A stretch of 64,000 bases of DNA from Podarcis melisellensis (taxonomy: Eukaryota), in the NCBI GenBank assembly GCA_964234715.1, contig OZ174280.1; one strand, 5' to 3'. Each line of letters opens with the position of its first letter. Within the stretch, counting starts at the first letter, position 1. The notes beneath the pieces are model-generated. The model searched no databases. It was not told the DNA's origin and was given only the letters and a program-made list of their open reading frames with translations. The translations under genes were made by a program, and so were the position numbers. Below, one piece after another: positions 1 through 11,100 of this stretch.

Positions 1-798
1 GCAAAAAGTATATTTTTTTGGTTAAACTATTAAGTAGCCAAAAATAATGTAGTGGTTTATTTAAGTTATGCCTTTGTTTAATGCAACTTTTCCTTTAATA
101 TGCTTTAATAAAATTAAACCAAGATTATATTGGCTTGAAAGCAGGATTATGTAACTAAATGTGTACACACAGTTGTATGTCATGTTCTTTGAAATAAAAC
201 ATTTGCATTTGTTTTGTATTAGATGGTAGGCATTGTCCAGCATCTTGCTTGGAATATTGAACCAAATTTGTATCTTTCAGGTTGGAAGTGTTAGAATCAT
301 AGTGAATGATGTTTCAACTTACATCTCGTATTGTATAATTATTTACTGAATCATCTCACTCAGTATTTACCAGACACAATGCAGAAATATGTATGTATAA
401 CAAGATATTACAGCCATGCTTTTTGCTACATGAGAAACAACCAACAGAACTCCAATATAGACTAAAATGTGTGCTGGAATGGAGAGATATGGAAGAAATT
501 TGCATAATCTTCCATGGAATTTTGGCTTACTTTTATTGATCAGGACAACTGATTTACATTTTATGCAGGAGATAACTGGGTCTCTTCCTTACGTTGTACC
601 AAATGACTTATTCTGTACCTGAACTGGAAGGTTAATAAATATGTTCAGTTCCTAAAATTGAGTATGTTCTTTATTTAATACTTGCACAGCTGCAAATACT
701 GGAAGAAACGGCAACACTTCTTCTTCCACTTGAAAGCTTTAAGTACCTGCCCCTTACCCCAAAAAACCCACAGGAGACAAATTACCCATTAGTTTACA

Positions 799-804
799 TT
801 TATT
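799..804 (-). terminator. Candidate distal FUBP1 polyadenylation signal AATAAA
   Basis: tttatt on the + strand about 1.45 kb downstream of the distal last-exon stop; usage is inferred. Confidence 0.4.
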
Positions 805-2244
805 GAGAACTTATACAAAAACATTACAATTAATGTGTATTCATGAGTACATACAGTGTCAATATTGCAAGCTCAACACAACATACTGTAAAGCATTTGA
901 TTTACCTCACGTCCAAGCTGCATGTCCCTAAGATACTTCCCATCACAGTAGCCTTTAAAAGACAATCTTCTTTTTTTTACACGGGTAGTTTCTGTAGCAC
1001 TATCTTAGGACGAAAATGCATCTTGCATGCATATAAGATAAAGGTTGCATAAACACAGGACTTTCATAGGGTACTACCAGTAGGAAAGGAGTAGCTACTG
1101 TTTGCATTGTGTAGGGCCGAATGTTTTGCCTTATGAACTGCTAGTACACACAACAAAAATCGAAAAGTTCTTTCTACTGCCTAGATTATGAAAAGAAAGA
1201 TTTCTCAGCAGCTGATGTAATATTTTCAGAAAGGTGAATGATATAGCCTACCTAGTTACTAAAAATAACTGCAATTTACACGAATCTAAAGATCACTTTT
1301 TTAAACTAGCAAAACATATCCTATACAGCACACATACTGAAGGGTGATCTGTAAACATTGTTATTAGTTGAAATTAAGATCATCTTTCCAAACATTCATT
1401 ACTCTCACTGCCTAACATTCTGTGACTGGAAAATTTGCACTTATTTTCCCCCTGCCATAGCACACACAAGAACCGCTCAAGGAAAACGAGGCAACTATGT
1501 ATATAAAGGTTCGAACTCAATGAATGGAATGGAACCTTTTGATTCAATGCAAGGTTTCTGACAGAAATCAGACAAAACTGAATACCAAAACTACACTTGG
1601 TGCAAGAAGATGCCTGTAGGTCCACCAGCAAATTGATAATGAAAATAAAAAAATGCTTAGTATAAAGATTATGAAAGCAGATGCATAATCCCCTATGCCA
1701 ACAATTTCATTCTAGTTTCTATTACATCCCTTCCCTTGAAATTTCAAGCTATGTTTATATTAAAAACTGAGCAGCGAAAACAAGCTGTTTTAAAATGGGG
1801 AAACAAAATCCAACAGAGATGAAGCTCTTCAGCACGTATCTAGTTCTCATATAATAATGAAATCTGACATGTTGAACTACAACAAAATATGAAGTGGCTC
1901 GAGGGAATTCAAGTACAACTATTAATTTAGTTGTGAAATGCAAAACATTATCTATGCTTGACTATTCAGCAAAGTGTAACTTGATAGATGGTTTGTATTA
2001 TTACCACATAACAAATTATGGAACATTTATGGTCAAGCAAATAGCACTTTAAAGAATGAGAAGCGATTAAAACAGGCAAATTATACCCTACACCATTAAG
2101 TATGGGATACATTTAAAATCGGTATTGTTTTGCCAATTTTACCTTCTACATGGAGCCCTTCTATGGTCCATGCTCATCGGCTCATCATGGCCATACACTC
2201 AAAGGAATCCTCTTTATTGGAAGTAACTATCTCAGGACCTGATT

Positions 2245-2282
2245 TTATGAGCTATGATTTGGTGCTTGCAGCATCTTCAGCA
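2245..2282 (-). CDS. FUBP1: FUBP1 alternative distal last exon, coding part
   Basis: cttcattttcacacacag|TGCTGAAGATGCTGCAAGCACCAAATCATAGCTCATAA; reads VLKMLQAPNHSS* after the 46-nt exon, or C* directly from exon 19. Confidence 0.6.
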
Positions 2283-3104
2283 CTGTGTGTGAAAATGAAG
2301 GCAGGGTTTTTTGAATATTTTTCTTTGATGCAGAGAAAAGCAGGACTTTTGATAAAATCAAAGCATTTTATTAAGTGACAAACAAAAAACTGATGGTACT
2401 GCCTTAGCATCATCTATCTAAACTGAAAAAAAATGCACCAGTTAAGCTATCTAAATAAGCCATATACAAAACATTTAAACTGGCAAAAATATACAGCGAT
2501 TCAGCTGAAATAGCAAAGTAGGAAGGAGTTTCCTATAAAAAGGAAAGATTTGCTGAACTGTTAACATTTCACTGGTAATACATGCTTTCTACAACTATTC
2601 TGCAAAATTCAAGTCTAAATTTCCCTTCTTTATCAAATAAGCAAGCTAGGTTATGTTTTATGGTGTATAACTTAAAATTCGTTATTGCCTTGGGAATGAA
2701 ACACACAGTATGCTTGAATAAGTAGTATTGGGTATAGCATCCTTTGAACATTATAAAAGCATTTGTGAAGGCTGTTGAAATTCTGACCAATATTTCCTGT
2801 ATCTTGAAAAAATATTTTATATTCATTTGTAACAACTCTGTTATTGAGGGAAAAATAGTAAAAGTGACTTACTCAAAAATTATTGCAGCAATCCACTTAT
2901 CTTTTAAAAATAAAGATACACATTTACCCAGAAATGTAAATAATTGTTTCAGACTTTCCATTGGAATGAAACCATGAAGAGCAGAATACATTTGGGGAAG
3001 ATATTGGCAGATTGCTTTTGAATACACAAGCACAAAAAATTCTCACAGGGACAACATTAATAAACTGAAATATGTATTTATACACTTCCTTAGGTTGTGC
3101 TTAC

Positions 3105-3150
3105 CTGTGCTTTTTGCAGCAGAACCTAAGGTGGAAGGTCTGGGAAGGCA
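3105..3150 (-). CDS. FUBP1: FUBP1 alternative distal exon (CLPRPSTLGSAAKST)
   Basis: cttcacag| 46 nt CAG|gtaagc; open in phase 0 after exon 19; resembles a recalled mammalian isoform tail. Confidence 0.7.
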
Positions 3151-3915
3151 CTGTGAAGTATAAATAATTGCACTGTTTGCAATTAATAAAGATTTTATAC
3201 TTTAAATGAATCAAAATCAACAGCCTCCATTTGGTGAATGATAAAGAATCTGGTGAATTGTTGCTCTGTTTAGTTAGTAACTACACCATTTTCGAATAAG
3301 CTACAGACTAATCATGCAAAATATTTGATCTAGAGACTTTACAGCCTACACTAAATATATTTAATAACTTCCTAGTAGTCTTTTCAAAATTTAAATCCTA
3401 CCCTAAATTGGGATAAAAATAATTCCCTCCTGATTCTACAGTACAACAAAATGCATTTCTAATTATCTGTGCAGTAAAACTACTTCATTTCTGATCTCAT
3501 TTTGTTCTTTTCTTGCAGCCATCCTAAGAGTATACTCCAAAACAACAAAATAGTTTTCCAAAAATAAGGCTAATAAAGGTTTAGAAATTAACATATACTT
3601 CTATCACCAAATAAATGCAGACAACTGAAGACAATACAACTTCCTCCTGACAAGCATTTCAAACTTTTGTTTTTAACAATGCACAAGTTTTTATCTGAAT
3701 ATATCTCATTTTTGAACCCTAATGAACAATTATTACTTAGGTAAATGACAATTTCTTTTGCTAAAGCTAAATAGCTCAAGAATACTTACCATTAAGCTCA
3801 TACACATACATTTATGAACACCTAGGTTTCTGAATTAAGAAGCAATTATGATTTGCTAAAATATCAGCACTGTATTTTATTCCAACATAATATTCACACA
3901 GGTATGGCATTTGCA

Positions 3916-4117
3916 NNNNNNNNNNNNNNNNNNNNNNNNNNNNNNNNNNNNNNNNNNNNNNNNNNNNNNNNNNNNNNNNNNNNNNNNNNNNNNNNNNNNN
4001 NNNNNNNNNNNNNNNNNNNNNNNNNNNNNNNNNNNNNNNNNNNNNNNNNNNNNNNNNNNNNNNNNNNNNNNNNNNNNNNNNNNNNNNNNNNNNNNNNNNN
4101 NNNNNNNNNNNNNNNNN
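3916..4117. other. Assembly gap (202 N)
   Basis: Run of n. Confidence 1.
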
Positions 4118-4814
4118 ATCTAATAGATGCAAAAAAAGCAAACAGTGGATTTTAACAGTATACCAATTTTCAGTATGAATTAGTAAAAGTAAAAAAGTTT
4201 TATGGAGATTTTTCAAAATATAACTTAATGACTAGTCTTCAGCATTTTAAAACAGAGCTCATCTGCAAGACGTTTTTCTGTTAAGCACTCCCAGACTCCA
4301 AATGGCATATTTCTAACACAAATGCAGTTTTAGTAACTAAAAAGCATATAATCCTTACTACACTGAATTCTTAAGCAAAGTGCTGCAAACCGATTGCTTA
4401 GCACATATTGCCTTTTAGAACGATTCAATAGCAAGCCTGAAAAAATATACTAAAGAATTAAACCATGTATAAAAACAAATGTTAACTATAGCAGCTATAT
4501 GGGTCTGAGACAGTGGTCATGGATAAAAAAGAAAATGCAACTGTTAATGCAGTAGAAGTATGTCAAGAAACATCTGCATGTACATGCAATTTTTAATCAA
4601 GTAGAAAGAGGAGGATATCAAGATGCTAAACAGCAAAATACAGTAATGAAAAAGATCCTTCTATAACTATTCTGCAAAGGGAGAATACCAATGTAAAGCT
4701 CAAACTTTCAAGGAAAAAAACCTTAATTGTGTACATGTACAGCATTACTAAGAAACCCTTGAATTCTCAGAGTACCCACATATCCAACTTACCGACACAG
4801 GAGGTTTCATATTA

Positions 4815-4820
4815 TTTATT
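4815..4820 (-). terminator. FUBP1 proximal polyadenylation signal AATAAA
   Basis: tttatt on the + strand about 330 nt past the GQ* stop. Confidence 0.65.
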
Positions 4821-5146
4821 GTAAAGCACAAAACAGGCATTTAAAAGTGATCAAGTATACATTGAAAAAGTACATTTATATCACAAAGCATTGACCACAT
4901 AATAGTTGCAAATACATTTGCTGGAATGTGTACATCTACACTAATGTACTAAAAACAAACCAATTTCCATTTCTACACAGAAATATTACCTCCTATCAGT
5001 AGTGATAGATATTTTGTACATTTTCAAAAACACTATTTTTAAACCAAACAAAATTATGATCTTCAAGAAGGCGTCTGCATCCATACATTTAACAAAGGTT
5101 TTTTTCCCCCACATAATGAAGCAAATACTGTATTGTCCACTTCTTA

Positions 5147-5155
5147 TTATTGGCC
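5147..5155 (-). CDS. FUBP1: FUBP1 canonical terminal exon, coding part (GQ*)
   Basis: cacag|GGC CAA TAA, followed by an AU-rich 3' UTR. Confidence 0.88.
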   Translation of the reverse strand, partial: GQ

Positions 5156-8100
5156 CTGTGCGAAGAAATACATAAGAGATACACAAAAAGTTAAAGAAAA
5201 TCTTTTTTAAATTGTGCTAACTCAGGAGTGAAGCCTTTAAGAAAGAAAAATTGGTTAATGTAATGGTGGTGGCTTCCTGCATGGCTTCAAAAACCCTGGG
5301 AGGAGAAATTTTTTGATCAAAAACATCGAATGTATGCAAAGAAAGAGACAGAACTCCAGTTAACAGAGCATAAATCAATTTACGGATTATCTTTTACCAG
5401 GATAAATAATGCATACTCCAGGTAAGATATCAAAGTGGGAGACATGCAAAAAAACAAAAAACACCCCACGAGATAAAGGTAAAAAATAATAATAAATCAC
5501 TAAAATATCAGCCAAATAAGTCAAGATTGTTATACCTGTGGTGCTGGAGGATGTTGTGGCATTCCTTGTGGACTTGTCTGGGCATAATAGGCTGCCTGCT
5601 GTCTATAGTATTCAGCCCACGCTGCACTATAATCTGGCTGACCCGCTGGTGGGGCTCCGGCTGGAGCTGGAACTGCCTGACCTAGAACAAACATACATTA
5701 CACAACTCTGGTGCCATAAAAGGGACAAAAGAAGCTCAAAATAATCTCGTTTCTAACAAACATTACCTTGCTTCTTGTAATATTCCTCCCAAGCCTTTGA
5801 ATAATCTTGTGGCTGCCCTTGTTGACCTGCAAAACCCCCCACATTTTAATGTAAACACAGCTCCCAGGTACACCAAAATTACAGACAAGAATACAGTGGA
5901 AGAGTTCTTTGCTGTTTTATTTGAAGTTTAGTGCAAACAAAGAGAGAGATAATATTAAATCTCTAATTTGTATAATATTTTCTTCTACACATTGTTCCAC
6001 AGTTTAAAATAAAGATTTAAGCACTGTATGCCTACATTTGAGCTCAGCATTTGTAGAATGGCTCATAGCCCCACCCCTCAAAGGTTTACGGCAGGTGTGT
6101 GGGGAAATCTATAGCTGAGATGTCCCACTCCATATTAAGTATATTGTTACATACATAAACTATCCCACCCGATCCATGTTATTGCCCCATCTGTGAGAAT
6201 TGTATTGCTGGGGTGGGTGGGGAAATGTACAGCACGTATACACAATATTCTACAAAGTGGGCACACAGGAGTCACTGCCGTGTTCCTACAAGGTGAACCA
6301 GCCCTGAAGTGTATCAAACTGAGAAAGTTTGAACATTATTTCTCCCAACACTGCTTCAAAAATTAAGAACGCATTTCCTGTCAATTCATGTTTAACACAC
6401 ATTTAACGACATTAGATTTTTCAATTGCTGCCTATGCAGTACATAGAGGAGTCAGGGTGGTCAATTCCTAGTGACCACATGGGTCCCTTTAAATTAGCTC
6501 ACTGATTAATTGTGTATGTTTTAATTAAATAATAAAAATTTGATTTTCGAAGCATATTATATATTTATACTGAATGAAGCGAGATCTTTAGTCTTAAAGT
6601 TGCAAGTGTCAGCAATTTTGAAGCAGGAAAGGGTCACAATAAAAACTAAAAGAATTCAAGCCTGTCCTTGATGTTTTCCCCACACATTCTAAGTGAGTTG
6701 GCATGTAATGGTGGGAGAAGGAACTCAAGGGATTTAGAAGCACCACATCCTGTCATTCCTCCAAAGAACTATCAGATATATGGAGTTAAACTTTTAGCAT
6801 CACAAGGAATTCTGTGAAGTTGCTTAACCTATGTGATAGAAGTCATCTACTGAGCTTCATATATAATATCATGAGCCCCCAATTTCAGGTAATAAGAACA
6901 TACATATTAAATTAAAAGTTCTGTAACTGGCTCATATCTTACTTTGGAATCAGACAATTCCAACTATAAGGACAGCCATACTGATAAAAATGGCTGAAGG
7001 CAAAGTACTGCTATACTGATGTGTCTTTTCCGCAAGTTGTAATTTATCAGACCAAAAAGCTGCCTCCAAGTGTCTACTGTTAATTCTTTCTGAAATAATC
7101 AAGGCGGCTCATATAGGATAATGTTCAGGAATCTTTTAAGTACTGAACACCTTAGGAAAATGGCAGAATAGAAATATTGAAGTAATGTTTAACATTAATG
7201 TGATATTTAAAGTATAGCATCTTGTTTCAATTTATTGATGCATGCTGTAATATCTTACTATAAACAAGTTATTAACTTGATCCACGAAAGGATTAATTCT
7301 ACATAATTTTTAAATACATCACTGTATAGTCAAAGGGAGTTGAGGGGACACATGAACAAGAAATGCACGCAAAAAACTAGTGCCAAGTTGTAGTAAAATT
7401 TTGCCAAAATGGAAATTGTTATACTAACAGAACAACTTGGTTTATTAGTAGCAAATTTATTATTTTTTATTTTCTGACATTTAACTTAAGGTGATATATA
7501 TGATTCACAGATAGTTGCCCATCTAAACACCATAACTGCTTAGCTTCAGCAAGGTGCTGACATTATTCGACACATAGTATACATTGGGACTTAAAAGTCT
7601 TTGAATCTGAAGCTATGCAACATTCAGGAGTGGAGGGCATAGATATTTCCTGCAGTGATGCTAATAAGTTACTTTTACAAATATGTCACAGTCATAAAAT
7701 ATAGCCTTGGATATGACTACTAGAATCTTTGAATGGATCCAAAGATCCCACTGCATCATGTAAGGCATTTCTGCTTGTCCACAGGAGTGTATTATTAACT
7801 CAACCACCCTCTGTTCTCAAGAGCCATTCTAGAGAGTCTAACTACCCGAAACCAGGTTATAGGGGTGCATTACTTCTTTCAATATACCCCTCCACCTGAG
7901 GGAAGCACTTTCTACTCAAACAGTTGGGTCTCTGGATCCAAACCTCTATTTTGCTCTAACAAGGTTTGAATATTTTTGCAGCAGAGTAAGCAGTAGAAAA
8001 CCACAAACAAGGGTGTTACTGTGAATTAATTCATACTAGAACTACTGGTAAAGTTGTAAATATTGAGAAAGCAGTACTAGGGTCTTAGCAGTTTAAGAGA

Positions 8101-11100
8101 ATCATCATATGGAATTGCTGTATTTGAACTAGTCTGTAGATCATATATGCCAGGCTGATTTAAAACATTTGGAAGAACTCTAAACTCAAGAAAATGCCTA
8201 CCTTTATCTACTAACAAGGCTATTATGCCCTCAAGAGCTAATTTGGCATTCCTTGAAATCCAACTGAAAAAACTAGTCCTGCATATACTCTATTTTAAAA
8301 TCTCTGCTCCACAACTCAGATTCAGTCACGCTTTTAATGAAAAACATGGCAATACAAAGAGAAGGGCAGAATAGTCGTGACAATCACTATTCTCTTCCCC
8401 CACTCTGCCACACACACAATCAAATGAATCCAGGAGTAATGATTAACATAATTTTAATTTACGGGCACACCCAAGCACAAATACCAGAATGAGGCTGGTC
8501 TACGTTAAGAGATTTAGCATCCTGTCAGACCTGCATATATTTCCTTAATTGAGAATACCTGGCTAACCTTATGTCTGAAATATATGGGATTTATTGTAAA
8601 TTTCTGAATTATGCTCATTAAAAACAACAACCAGGATGTGATAATTCTATAAGAATGGTTAATGTCCCTTGAAATTTCAAAAGGGCTCAAGTCTCTCTCA
8701 ATCACATTTTTGTGGTCCCTGCCTCAACCTAACTCACATGGTACAGCTTTACCTTTCCTCTCTGCTCTTTGCAGGCACAGTGACACTGAATTCTGGTGTG
8801 TCCCTACATTAGAGGAGAAAGAACTACATGGGTCTTGTCATGACACACATCTGGCATGAATGGAAATGCTGGCTCATGATAGAACTGTGAGATGGTGTCT
8901 ATTAAGTGTGGCAGACTTTTCCATTTAGCTAGCTAGAGATATGCTCGTTACTGGCAGCGTACATCATCTGATATGATGACGGTCATTAAGTGTAATGGCT
9001 GTTGTTATCAAGCACTGATAACTCCACAAGGTAGGGAAAAAGATGGTGAGATGTTTAAGGTTATAAAATCTAAGTTACTCTACACTTCATGCAAAATAGC
9101 TATCCTTGCAATTCCCCGAGAACCCACTTTTCTTGATACATAATGAAGAGGTATTCATAAGACTCCCAGTTCTTAATTTCAGGAGCAACCGAGTAAATTG
9201 TCTTGCTACTTAAAAAAAGCATATGAAACAGCAAAGCTTTTTAGAGAAGTAAATAATAAAAGCCTCCTTTTCACATCAATAAAAATGTAAAACATACCCA
9301 TTTTTTTATAGTACTCTTCCCATGCCTTGGTGTAATCTACCTGCCCTGCTGGTGCTGGATTTGGCTGATCTCCTACATGAAAAGAAAGTTGAAAGAAAAA
9401 GTTTTTTGTGCGAACATGGATAGAAATACTGGCAGAGATAGTTCTGCATTTAAATTTACACACATTATGCGAAGTCAACAGCTGACAAGAGACCAAAAAA
9501 CCCACAAGGTCAACTGGAATGTAGCTCACAGCACAATGAGCAAAATTACATTATGGGTGAGTGTCAGTCACTTATTTAGGAACTGCAGAGGATACCAACA
9601 CTGAAATGTAGCATACAGCTGATGCAAAATACAACATACACATTTTCCAAGTAGTTTAAAGCAATGATTCTGAAACTGGTATTTTTTACAGTCAAAGACT
9701 CAAGGCATAGGACATACATGATGACTGTTGGTGGGCACCCCACATCCATAAATGTCCTTTCTTCAAAAAGTCAGTAACAAAAAAACCCTTCCACAGATTT
9801 GTATGGAGCCTGGTTAAGAGTTGCCTCAAATAATAATAATTTATTATTTGTACCCCGCCCATCTGGCTGGGTTTCCCCAGCCACTCCTTTGCTCTACCAA
9901 GGCTCCCTCAGATTCCAATTTGACAAAGTCTGGTCTATATGATGGTCACATGTGTCTGAAAATGTGTATGCATTGCAGGTTTTTTTGCAAGAGTTGTTTG
10001 ATAGTTGGCTGTAGTACCAAATAAAAGCACTACAGTAGAATATATTATGTATATTAAAAGGCTAGTATTTTGATCTATTAACGGTATCGACAAGCACACT
10101 AGTGATGAAATCTAGTCAAAATTTGGGCACCCTAAAGTTGTCATGCACCAAGTTGTTCAGGCCAAATTTCTACCCAAATGCACAGATTAGTATATGGTAT
10201 CTGGAGCACTGGTTTCTTTTCTATTTGGCACTTCCAAAGGCACTTCCAAGCAGGAGCTGAGTATGTATGGCTGTGTGTGACACTAGCCTTATCCTATCTC
10301 TGTATAGAAGGAACGGTGGAAGAAACAGGTGTGTGATTCACACAATGCCACATCAATGCTCTGGCACTATAGGAATAAGCCATGAACAGTTTCAGGCTCA
10401 CGTTATTCTTCTTGCTGCTTATCCAGAGATCCAGGAATTTCAATCCAGGACTTGCCAACACATGATTTGCATTTGCCAAGCTTAATGCAGCTGTCTGAAT
10501 AATATGACAAACTACAGTTTACTGCCAAATCAGGGCTAGAATCCTGAACTGCAATGGTGAATAGGTGACAGCATGTCAGCCTCTGACATAATGTTCGCCA
10601 CACTATCATAGTGAAAAGAATGAGGAAAAAAAGGATAAGAGATCAAGCGCAAAGGAAACTGGATGGAGAAGGGTAGAAAGAAAGGTGACGGATATAGTAG
10701 CAATCCAGTGGTAGCCAAGACCTTGACAATGCCCTGGGCACTTTTGCTCTAGTAAGATTAAGATGATAGGGCCAGAAAAAGGAAAAACTCGAGGTAGAGA
10801 TGGCCACTGACTTGGAAAACAAAGAGGATTGGACGTGATCCAGCAGGCACTTTCTAGGCTATGCTGATTCCCCTTGCAGAAGTTGGAAATCTCTAGTCTT
10901 AATGCACCAGCATGCCACATAGTGCTCAACACAATTTTCAATTCTAGTCTTAGAAAACTAGCATTCATTTTTGCAACAGATCATTTTTGTTATACCATCA
11001 GAATTTCAGGTGGAATTTGTGAGGCAAGACTGTGTGTCTCAGATTATATGAGACTATCTGGTCAAAACAATGCCCTGGATTCAAAGTTTGAATGAACTCA

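Noticed and set aside
3812-4216. ORFs with X runs, also at 25942-26325
   Set aside because: Artefacts of N gaps.
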